A DNA stretch of 64,000 nt from a virus. The translations under genes were made by a program, and so were the position numbers. Position 1 is the stretch's first letter; each line of letters opens with the position of its first letter. Under the pieces are notes generated by a model. The model was not told where the DNA came from, ran no database searches, and saw only the letters and a list, made by a program, of their open reading frames with translations. The stretch is from positions 1 to 64,000 of the IMG/VR virus record IMGVR_UViG_3300037348_000049; one strand, given 5' to 3'. Below are positions 27,687 through 35,609 of the stretch, piece by piece.

Positions 27687-28144
27687 TGATTAGACACGTT
27701 CTAGCAGTTGATCCAGGTAAAGCTACTGGTATAGCCCTATTTAGCCACCAGACGGGCGGTGAGCCGGTTTTAGAGTGGTCTATTGAAGTACAACAGGAAG
27801 ACTACGCCAAGCCGCTACGTGACGCTTTACTTGATCACCCTGCTGCAGAGGTTGTTTGCGAGAGATTTACTATAAATGCTCAAACTGTCAGAAACTCTCA
27901 AGCGCCCTACTCCCTAGAGCAAATAGGCATACTCAGACAATGCCTACTTGACTCTGGTAGGGCTGCTGATGACATCTACTTTCAATCGCCTGCGGATGCA
28001 AAAGCAATGTTTGACAATAAAAACCTTAAAAAGTTAGAATACTGGCATAGGGGTGGTGAAGGTCACGCACTTGATGCAATTAGACATGGCCTACTAAGAT
28101 TGGTCAAAACTGGATGGAAACCAATAAGATTATTAGAAGAATAA
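27686..28144 (+). CDS. RuvC-like (RNase H fold) Holliday junction resolvase
   Basis: VLAVDPGKATG N-terminus, VVCERF, and HALDAIRHG C-terminus. Confidence 0.7.
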   Translation: MIRHVLAVDPGKATGIALFSHQTGGEPVLEWSIEVQQEDYAKPLRDALLDHPAAEVVCERFTINAQTVRNSQAPYSLEQIGILRQCLLDSGRAADDIYFQSPADAKAMFDNKNLKKLEYWHRGGEGHALDAIRHGLLRLVKTGWKPIRLLEE

Positions 28145-28149
28145 TTTGT

Positions 28150-28193
28150 TTATCAAGAAAATAAGTTACAAAGTTGTTTTTTTCTGATAATAT
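28150..28193 (+). promoter_or_regulatory. inverted repeat overlapping extended -10 TGATAATAT
   Basis: TTATCAAGAAAA (28150-28161) and TTTTCTGATAA (28180-28190) in the AT-rich gap before the helicase. Confidence 0.5.
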
Positions 28194-28229
28194 AAGTAGT
28201 ATATACACACAAGAAGGAACGGAAATAAG

Positions 28230-30056
28230 ATGACTATAAGTGTAGAGCTGAACACAGAGCTAACGCACATCAACATCTTTGCTGAATATCGATATAAAGA
28301 GATTTGCAAAGCCCTGCCCGGTGCCAGCTGGGATGTCAAGCTAAAGATTTGGAGAATCCCCGTGTCCTGGGGTGGGTGTCTTGCTCTTAGGTCTACTTTT
28401 AAGCATGACCTCGAGATAGGGCCTCTTTTAGGAGGCTGGGCTAAGAATGAGCTTGAGCAGAGGATTGCACCAACAAATAGTCTTAGAGAACTTGAGTCTT
28501 ACGACGACTCAGATAACGAAGACCTGTTCCCACATCAGAAGGCTGGAGTAGCATTTCTTGCAAGTGCGAGACAAGCGCTTCTGGCCGACGAGCCGGGTCT
28601 TGGTAAGACTGCTCAAGCAATTAGAGCTCTAAAGAAACTAAGTGAGCAAGGCGAAGAAGTTTTTCCAATATTAATAGTGTGCCCAAATACACTAAAGAGT
28701 AACTGGAAGCGAGAGTTTGAGCGTTGGTGGCCTGAGATGGCTGTAACGATAATAAAAGGACCTGCTAGCAAGCGTAGAGGATTATTTGACGAGCCCAGTC
28801 AAGTTTTTGTTATAAACTGGGAGTCTTTGCGCTCCCACTCACGGCTTCTGGGTTACGGATCGATTGCGTTGGCACGATGCCAAGACTGCGGTGGGCACGA
28901 TTCGAAAATCTCTGAGGCACGTTGCGAAGTACACAAACGTGAATTAAATGGTATGAATTTTAAGGCAATAGTTGCCGACGAGATTCACCGCTCTAAAGAT
29001 CCTAAGTCAAAGCAGACTAGAGCTCTTTGGGCTGCCAGTGGTGACGCGGAAATACGTTTTGCACTAACTGGAACACCAATTGCAAAAGATGTAGTAGACC
29101 TCTGGCCAATCTTGCACTGGTTAAAGCCCAGTGAGTGGCCTAGTAAGACTAAGTGGATTGATCGCTTTGTAAACACGATGCTAAATGCTTTCGGCGGGAT
29201 GATGGTCTTGGGGCTTAAGCCAGAGAAAGAAGAGGAGTTTTATGCAAGCATAAACCCTCGAATGAGAAGAATGCTGAAAACTATAGTTCTTCCCTGGCTC
29301 CCGGCTGTGCTTAGAGATCGCCGTGATGTCGAGATGAATGCTAAACAGCTGAAGGCTTATAGGCAAATGTCCGAAAACATGATTGCAATGATTGATAAAG
29401 ATGGTTCTATTGACTCTAGTACTGGCGACGTTATTGTCGCGCCTGATCCGCTCGTACAGACAATAAGATTACTGCAGTTTGCAAGCGCGTATGCAAGTGT
29501 CACAGTCGATGAGTCTGGCAAGGAGAAGGTTCTGCTCTCCGACCCATCCTGCAAGGTAGACGCATTAATGGATGATATTAGCAATAAGGACTTTGGCGAA
29601 GATTCTGTTGCTGTATGTGCAGTTTCTAGGCAACTTATCGAAATCCTTAGTGCGCGTATGCAGAAGGAAGGGATAAGGCACGGATTAATTACTGGTGCTC
29701 AGTCACAAGAGGAGCGCCAGCAAGCTGTTGACGATTTTCAGGCTGGTAAGACAAAATGGATCCTGTTCACTGCGCAAGCTGGTGGTGTTGGAATTACCTT
29801 GACAGCAGCAAGAAGACTTGTTATGCTTCAGAGACCGTGGTCACTTGTTGACTATAAACAAGCGCTAGATCGTGTTCACAGGATTGGGTCAGAAATCCAT
29901 GACTCTGTTTTGATAACAGATTATGTCACAGAAGGCTCTATTGAAGAGAGAGTTATAGATGCTCTTGACGTAAAGGCCGAGAACTTTGAAGAAATTGTAA
30001 AGGATAAGGAGCAACTGAAGAGAATGCTACTTGAAGGAATTGAGAACACTAAATGA
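28230..30056 (+). CDS. SNF2-family (SF2) helicase
   Basis: DEPGLGKT, ADEIHR, ALTGTP, AGGVGITLT and QALDRVHRIG motifs. Confidence 0.9.
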   Translation: MTISVELNTELTHINIFAEYRYKEICKALPGASWDVKLKIWRIPVSWGGCLALRSTFKHDLEIGPLLGGWAKNELEQRIAPTNSLRELESYDDSDNEDLFPHQKAGVAFLASARQALLADEPGLGKTAQAIRALKKLSEQGEEVFPILIVCPNTLKSNWKREFERWWPEMAVTIIKGPASKRRGLFDEPSQVFVINWESLRSHSRLLGYGSIALARCQDCGGHDSKISEARCEVHKRELNGMNFKAIVADEIHRSKDPKSKQTRALWAASGDAEIRFALTGTPIAKDVVDLWPILHWLKPSEWPSKTKWIDRFVNTMLNAFGGMMVLGLKPEKEEEFYASINPRMRRMLKTIVLPWLPAVLRDRRDVEMNAKQLKAYRQMSENMIAMIDKDGSIDSSTGDVIVAPDPLVQTIRLLQFASAYASVTVDESGKEKVLLSDPSCKVDALMDDISNKDFGEDSVAVCAVSRQLIEILSARMQKEGIRHGLITGAQSQEERQQAVDDFQAGKTKWILFTAQAGGVGITLTAARRLVMLQRPWSLVDYKQALDRVHRIGSEIHDSVLITDYVTEGSIEERVIDALDVKAENFEEIVKDKEQLKRMLLEGIENTK

Positions 30057-30982
30057 CAAATGAGCCAATTAGAATATCTAACTCAGAGATTCAAACATTT
30101 AAGGATTGCCGCAGACGTTGGTGGTTGACTTATTACCGTCGCCTAAAACCAAAGATGCAAGATTTTACTGGAGCTCTGGCTCTTGGGTCTCGTATCCACG
30201 AGGCTCTAGATCGACACTACTCAACTGGACAAGACCTTTTAGAGGCGCACAGTGATTTGGTGCGTGTTGACATGGAAACTCTCACAAAAGACTATAGGGA
30301 TACCTCGAAATTAGAAAGCGAAGCTGAATTAGGTCGCATCATGCTTGAGGGGTACCTCGAGTGGGTTGAGCAAGAAGGTATTGACGCAGAACTCGAAATG
30401 ATTTCCACAGAAGAGATCCTCGAGCGTCCGATGCTTGACGGTAAAGTCATCCTTCAGGGCAAGATTGACATGCGTGTACGTCGAAAGCTTGACGGTGCTC
30501 GCATGATTCGTGACTTTAAGACCGTAGGTGGCTCTTTTGCTGATTTCGGTTCCATGGCACACATGAACGAACAAGTCAAGACTTACATGCTTTTAGATGA
30601 AGCTCAGGAAGTAGAGGGCGAGCGTACAGATGGAGCAATCTTTACGATGCTACGTAAAGTTAAGCGTGGCGCATATGCCAAGGCCCCTTTCTACGATCAA
30701 ATTGAGGTTCGACACAATAGGTTTACACTCCGTGCTTTTCTAGATCAACTAGAAGGCACACTAACCGACATGCTGGACGTGCGTGAAGCACTGGATGCTG
30801 GCGGTAGTCACTATAGAAATGCATATCCTACACCCACTAAGGATTGCAAGTGGAAGTGTCAATTCTTCGCTACTTGTCCGCTCTTTGATGACGGCTCTGC
30901 CGCAGAGGCGGCACTTAGCGATGCGTTTGCGGTCTCCGACCCTTACGGTTACTACAACAACGAGAAAAAAGGAAATGAGTAA
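30053..30982 (+). CDS. PD-(D/E)XK Cas4/RecB-like exonuclease
   Basis: ISNSEIQTFKDCRRRW, GSRIHEAL, GKIDMR..DFKT, and C-terminal CKWKCQFFATC. Confidence 0.85.
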   Translation: MTNEPIRISNSEIQTFKDCRRRWWLTYYRRLKPKMQDFTGALALGSRIHEALDRHYSTGQDLLEAHSDLVRVDMETLTKDYRDTSKLESEAELGRIMLEGYLEWVEQEGIDAELEMISTEEILERPMLDGKVILQGKIDMRVRRKLDGARMIRDFKTVGGSFADFGSMAHMNEQVKTYMLLDEAQEVEGERTDGAIFTMLRKVKRGAYAKAPFYDQIEVRHNRFTLRAFLDQLEGTLTDMLDVREALDAGGSHYRNAYPTPTKDCKWKCQFFATCPLFDDGSAAEAALSDAFAVSDPYGYYNNEKKGNE

Positions 30983-31761
30983 TGTCTAACGACGTACAGC
31001 GCTCCCTGACTTTAATGGTCTATGGAGAATCAAAGGTTGGTAAATCAACCTTTGCGGTAACGTCCCCCTATCCTCGGCTCATGTTGGACGTTGAGGGTGG
31101 ACATCGATTCCTCCCAATTACTGCCAAATACTGGGATCCGATGAAGGAGGAGCCGCCAATAGCCGACGGCACTTGGGACACTGTAGTGGTCCAAGTCCGC
31201 GAATACGAAACTGTCATGAAGGCATTTCAATGGCTTCAGAGCGGTAAGCACCAGTTCAAGTCCCTAATCATTGACTCCATCTCGGAGTTGCAGGTTAAGT
31301 GCATGGACAACATCGCTGGCACAGAGCAAATGAAAATGCAACAGTGGGGCGAGCTACTTCGTCACATGGGTGCACTACTTCGTGACCTTCGTGACCTCAC
31401 GATGCACCCGACACAACCTCTCGAGGCCGTGATACTAACAGCTATGGCACGAAAAGGTCAGGATGGTGTATATCGTCCCTACCTCCAAGGTCAGCTTGCA
31501 GTTCAGGCTCCATACTTCTATGATGTACTTGGAGCCATAACAGTTGAAGAGATCCCTAATCCGGACCCTCTACAGCTACCATATAAAGTCCGCAGGATGT
31601 ATGTTGAGCGAACAAGTCAGTACGAAGCTGGCGAGCGAGTTCAGGGTCGCCTGGGAAAAATAGTTGAGCAAGGCGATCTCGGTGTAGAGCGTCTTCTCGA
31701 CATGGTCTTCGGAGAAAAGAAGACCGAATCCACTAGTAAAAATAAGTCAGGAGATAAGTAA
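30982..31761 (+). CDS. Sak4-like AAA (RecA-fold) ATPase / recombinase
   Basis: Walker A GESKVGKST and Walker B LIIDSISE; lies between the exonuclease and SSB genes. Confidence 0.8.
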   Translation: MSNDVQRSLTLMVYGESKVGKSTFAVTSPYPRLMLDVEGGHRFLPITAKYWDPMKEEPPIADGTWDTVVVQVREYETVMKAFQWLQSGKHQFKSLIIDSISELQVKCMDNIAGTEQMKMQQWGELLRHMGALLRDLRDLTMHPTQPLEAVILTAMARKGQDGVYRPYLQGQLAVQAPYFYDVLGAITVEEIPNPDPLQLPYKVRRMYVERTSQYEAGERVQGRLGKIVEQGDLGVERLLDMVFGEKKTESTSKNKSGDK

Positions 31762-32309
31762 TGAGTTCACTAAATTGGGACAGCATAATTGCCGAAGCAG
31801 GAGAAACTACTAATTCTTACGAGCCCCTACCAAAAGGTGAGTACGAACTGAAGGTAATTGATGCCAAGGCAACAATGGCTCAGACTGGTAAGACCATGTT
31901 TAAGCTAACCACAGAGGTACAGGGTGGTCCGCACGCTAATCGTCGCGTATGGGACAATCTTGTAATCTCACCTGAAAACCCTAAGGCGCTCAACATGTTC
32001 TTCATGAAGATCGGTATCCTTGGGCTAAATCGGGAGTACTTTAAGTCAAATCCTAGTAATGCTCAGATTGAGGCAGCACTGATGAACCGCACTTTCCGTG
32101 GCTCCATCGGTACCCGCACCTATCAGGGTAACATCAGTAATGAAATCTCCCAGTACCACAAGGGTGATAGCTCTACTGCAACTGAAGCCCCCCAGGCAGT
32201 GGCAGTTTCAGCCGCGCCTGCTCCAGCTCCAGCTCCGGCTCCGGCTCCGGCCTTTGCTCCACCAGCAGCACCGGTGTCCCCAGTAAGCGGAGAAGACACT
32301 CCGTTCTAG
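31761..32309 (+). CDS. single-stranded DNA-binding protein (DUF669-like)
   Basis: YEPLPKGEYELKVIDA, GGPHANRRVWDNL, an Ala-Pro linker and a C-terminal EDTPF tail. Confidence 0.8.
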   Translation: MSSLNWDSIIAEAGETTNSYEPLPKGEYELKVIDAKATMAQTGKTMFKLTTEVQGGPHANRRVWDNLVISPENPKALNMFFMKIGILGLNREYFKSNPSNAQIEAALMNRTFRGSIGTRTYQGNISNEISQYHKGDSSTATEAPQAVAVSAAPAPAPAPAPAPAFAPPAAPVSPVSGEDTPF

Positions 32310-32317
32310 AACATTGA

Positions 32318-32351
32318 TTTAGAGGGGCTTCCCGTAAGAGGCCCCTCTAAA
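32318..32351 (+). terminator. hairpin terminator after SSB
   Basis: TTTAGAGGGGCTT-CCCGTAAG-AGGCCCCTCTAAA. Confidence 0.75.
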
Positions 32352-32369
32352 CATTCTTAAGGCGACAAA

Positions 32370-33356
32370 ATGAAAATACTATTTACAGGAATGTCCTCGT
32401 ACCACTGTAAGCCCCCTAAAACTACTAGATATTTTGGCACCTTGGCCAAAGCTGTAGCTAGGGTTGCAGAAGTCTCTTGGGCGATCCCTAGTGTTAAGTG
32501 GTCTCTGGAAGACCTTGCTGAGTATGACTATGTCGTAGTTGGGGTATCCCCGCCGACGTCTCTCAGTGCTAACAAGGCCTACGGAGGCCTTCATGTTATG
32601 AACTTACTTTGGGATGATCCCAGACTAAAATTAGTTGTTGACTCTCCTCAGATTTGGCAGTATAAAAACAGTATCAATAGGTCAAGCAAGAATTTAATTA
32701 GTGGACTGTTCCCTGCCTTCTATGCTAACAGGTGGGAGTACTCGGAAGCTTTGACGTCTACCTCAATACCAGATGTCATAGATAAACTTAATAACAATGC
32801 CTGGCCTGTCACTATTTTTCCAGGACTTCCCTGGAAGTCAGATGAGTCAATTGTGAAGTCTTTTGGTTTAGATGTAGGTAGCTCTATTATTAGCTTAAAT
32901 CTTGACGCTATTAATTTAACGGACCCTGTGGAATCAGACGTACGTCAGCCGTTTTGGTCGATAGATGATGCTAATTTAGGCTGGTCACAGTCTCTAGCTA
33001 AAACCATTAAGTACGAGACAGTGGACGTTAGGTCCAAAAGGGGATACCCTGATCAAGAAGCAACCGAAACAATTCTGGACTCTGTGGGGCTAATAATTCC
33101 ACCGCAGGAAAGAAAGGTTGGAACTTGGTGGACATATAGATATGTTCAAGGAATGAATACTCTCACACCAATTGCAACCGACTGGTTAGAGACAGTTAAC
33201 TTTAGCCCTTCGTGGTCAAAACTTGCCTATCAAATAGAAGACATGAGCTCAGAAGATAGGAGATCCCTTGCACAAACGCAACGAGAAGACTATGTGAGAG
33301 CCATCCCTTCGGTAGAACAATTAGACCAATTAATAACTAGTAGAATATTTAATTAG
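32370..33356 (+). CDS. hypothetical protein, possibly GT-B fold glycosyltransferase (T4 BGT-like)
   Basis: MKILFTGM start, YDYVVVG, TYRYVQGMNTLTPIATD, and a C-terminal helix. The spacing parallels recalled T4 beta-glucosyltransferase features. Confidence 0.35.
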   Translation: MKILFTGMSSYHCKPPKTTRYFGTLAKAVARVAEVSWAIPSVKWSLEDLAEYDYVVVGVSPPTSLSANKAYGGLHVMNLLWDDPRLKLVVDSPQIWQYKNSINRSSKNLISGLFPAFYANRWEYSEALTSTSIPDVIDKLNNNAWPVTIFPGLPWKSDESIVKSFGLDVGSSIISLNLDAINLTDPVESDVRQPFWSIDDANLGWSQSLAKTIKYETVDVRSKRGYPDQEATETILDSVGLIIPPQERKVGTWWTYRYVQGMNTLTPIATDWLETVNFSPSWSKLAYQIEDMSSEDRRSLAQTQREDYVRAIPSVEQLDQLITSRIFN

Positions 33357-33374
33357 AGTACAAGAGAGGTACAA

Positions 33375-33797
33375 ATGCCTGAAGTAAATCACGAGTGGGT
33401 TAAGAAGCAGTTAGAGGCAGCAAAAGTGAAAATTGGCAGTGGAAAAGCTGTCTTACAGCTCCTCTCAGTTTGGGAAAACTTTAATTTAAGTGGACCCATG
33501 TCCAGAGAAACAATAGAGGTATTCTCGAAGCTGGCATTGAATCAGGCGATTGACCTTGAGGAGGCTACAGAAGAGGTTTGGATAGCCCTACAACCTGGAA
33601 ATATACTTGTTGGAGACGAAGTTAGAGTCTTTCCTGACGCTTTCGAGGGAAACCTCGGCCCCACTCACAACGGGAGACGCGGAACTGTAGTGGCTGTTAG
33701 ATATGGAGATGTTATTTTTAACGCAACGGACGGAAAGCTACCTGAGCTTAAAGGTGTCCACTATTCTCCGTACAAGCTAGAGAAAAGAATTAAATAA
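33375..33797 (+). CDS. hypothetical protein with SH3-like C-terminal domain
   Basis: GAGG RBS; VGDEVRV...GRRGTVVAVRYGDV. Confidence 0.7.
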   Translation: MPEVNHEWVKKQLEAAKVKIGSGKAVLQLLSVWENFNLSGPMSRETIEVFSKLALNQAIDLEEATEEVWIALQPGNILVGDEVRVFPDAFEGNLGPTHNGRRGTVVAVRYGDVIFNATDGKLPELKGVHYSPYKLEKRIK

Positions 33798-34052
33798 ATG
33801 AGGACAAGTTTTGAACTAAAACTAGTTGCAGCTACTATAAACGAAGCTAAGTCTTTAGCTGCTTATCAAGTTGCTAATTTTCTTGATATCTCTGAAAAAG
33901 AGGTAGAAAGTAGAGTGGACTTCGAGTTTAAAATATCCTACCCCAAGGCCGAGACCATAGCTGAGATAGAGAGTTCTATAAAAGCTGGAATCTATCAGGT
34001 GACAGTGTATGGATCGGTTAAAAAGAGTGTAACTAGCTCATTTAATAGCTAA
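33798..34052 (+). CDS. hypothetical protein
   Basis: 84-aa ORF abutting the upstream stop. Confidence 0.65.
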   Translation: MRTSFELKLVAATINEAKSLAAYQVANFLDISEKEVESRVDFEFKISYPKAETIAEIESSIKAGIYQVTVYGSVKKSVTSSFNS

Positions 34053-34090
34053 TTTTGTAATCTACGGTAGTATTTAATTTTTAGAAGCTT

Positions 34091-34456
34091 GTGAGTAGTA
34101 AGATTCTACTTATGAAGGATATAAGAATCGGCGAATCTCTTTGGTTCACCTGGGAGGGCAATGAGTATGAGCCTAATAGCACGAGTTCTTATATATATTA
34201 TACCAATGGCCATATTGATCTAAACGAAGATGTCGTCAGAGGTGCACTCGCCTCTTTATTACAAAGAGATGGGATTTCTTACTCTTTGGGGCAAGGGTTT
34301 TCTTTAGTCGAGCGTGCCGTAATAAACTACCTTCAGGCTGGTTTTGAGGATGGTGAGTATCACCCAACTATTTCAGACAGTGACGGGAACTCTATAAAAA
34401 ACGAGATAGAACTAATCGGTCTATTCGATCTGACGCTAGTTGAGATAGAGAATTGA
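34091..34456 (+). CDS. hypothetical protein
   Basis: 121-aa ORF preceded by CGGTAGTAT (-10-like) and overlapping the WhiB start (TGATG). Confidence 0.65.
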   Translation: MSSKILLMKDIRIGESLWFTWEGNEYEPNSTSSYIYYTNGHIDLNEDVVRGALASLLQRDGISYSLGQGFSLVERAVINYLQAGFEDGEYHPTISDSDGNSIKNEIELIGLFDLTLVEIEN

Positions 34457-34923
34457 TGTTTGAAGACTTGCCCGATTGGTATGATGATGCAGAGTGTGCT
34501 AAACCTGAAAATCAAGAACAGACTCCTAACTTTTTTGCCAACAAGCCCTCTAAGCAATATCAAGCTAAAAAGCTATGTGGTGCTTGTCCTGTAAGGAAAG
34601 ATTGCACTCAGTGGGCATTGAATAATAAACAAATTTGGGGAATCTGGGGGGGTCTTGGTCCGGAGCAAATACGTAGAACCCTGTCAGTTAATTGGGAGGG
34701 TCAAGAGATGCGTCACAAGAGGTTCCCAATCTGTCCTTACTGTAAAGCTAAGACTGAAAGTCTTGGTACTAAAACTGTCGACCGGCCTGATGCTGGGCGG
34801 TGGTCAACTATGAAAGTTGTCTACTGCAAGGAGTGTAGCTTTTCTTGGCAGAGTCGAACTAGCGCTAATGCTGTAGAGGCGTATTACAACCAAGAGGACA
34901 GGAAGAAGAAAAAACTTCCTTAG
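34453..34923 (+). CDS. whiB: WhiB-family Fe-S transcription factor with C-terminal zinc ribbon
   Basis: WYDDAEC...AKKLCGACPVRKDCTQWAL...WGIWGGL is the WhiB Cys4 plus GIWGG turn. An extra CPYC...CKEC follows. Confidence 0.9.
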   Translation: MMFEDLPDWYDDAECAKPENQEQTPNFFANKPSKQYQAKKLCGACPVRKDCTQWALNNKQIWGIWGGLGPEQIRRTLSVNWEGQEMRHKRFPICPYCKAKTESLGTKTVDRPDAGRWSTMKVVYCKECSFSWQSRTSANAVEAYYNQEDRKKKKLP

Positions 34924-35342
34924 GATTTTTTATCTCGCTCAATAAGCTTTTCTATTGGCGTGGAATCGTTCGCGGGGCGGCTATCCATCTCTAGCTTTTT
35001 TTCTATCCTGTATATACGCCTGTCAAGCTTGTAGATGTTTTTGTTTCCTTCATCTAGTCTCTGATGAACCTTATCTACTGAATCCTTTAAAGAGTTTCCG
35101 CCATTATTTTTTAGATTTCCGTCGATGTCACTCAACCGCTCCATCACCCCTAATGTTGCACCCCTGCCTGGTCTAGCTTTCTCTCCCGACCAGTCGGCCA
35201 TGAAATTCTCCCAGGTTAAAATGCGGCGCCTTATACCAAGATACATGGGACGAATTAACCTAACTACCGCAAACCAGGCTGCTAGTATTGTTGTTATTGC
35301 TACAGCTATAGCGGTTAACAGCATCATTTGATCTTCAGTCAT
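34920..35342 (-). CDS. membrane protein with one N-terminal TM helix and coiled-coil tail
   Basis: LLTAIAVAITTILAAWFAVV hydrophobic helix; WSGEKARPG..GVMERL..GGNSLKDSV resembles small actinophage membrane proteins. Confidence 0.7.
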   Translation of the reverse strand: MTEDQMMLLTAIAVAITTILAAWFAVVRLIRPMYLGIRRRILTWENFMADWSGEKARPGRGATLGVMERLSDIDGNLKNNGGNSLKDSVDKVHQRLDEGNKNIYKLDRRIYRIEKKLEMDSRPANDSTPIEKLIERDKKS

Positions 35343-35348
35343 AAAATA

Positions 35349-35378
35349 TAAACCTAAACCTAAACCTAAACTTAAACC
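35349..35378 (+). repeat. hexamer repeat (TAAACC)x5, one copy TAAACT
   Basis: Read directly; lies in the non-coding gap before the primase gene. Confidence 0.9.
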
Positions 35379-35515
35379 TTGAGTTTGCGCGAATGTCGTA
35401 TACCCAACTGAACCTGCTGGATTCCTCTAGATAATTGTACCTCAATAAAAAACATTCTATTGGGTGCTCTTAACGTGGTAAATTTTTAAAATTTATATTA
35501 TTTCTATTTAATGAC

Positions 35516-35557
35516 TTGCATTTCTCATAGTGACGTGTAGAATGCTATTAGTCACTA
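35516..35557 (+). promoter_or_regulatory. SigA-like promoter for primase, with -10 flanked by an inverted repeat
   Basis: TTGCAT (35516) - 16 nt - TAGAAT (35538). TAGTGAC (35528-35534) and GTCACTA (35551-35557) bracket the -10. Confidence 0.55.
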
Positions 35558-35609
35558 AGCACAAAGAAAGATCCATGCATTTTTATAGAATAACTAGGAT
35601 TTCAATATA

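Noticed and set aside
35349-35378. (TTTAGG)n as a telomere-like sequence
   Set aside because: Only five copies, internal to the contig. Resemblance to eukaryotic telomeres is likely coincidental; kept only as a possible iteron.
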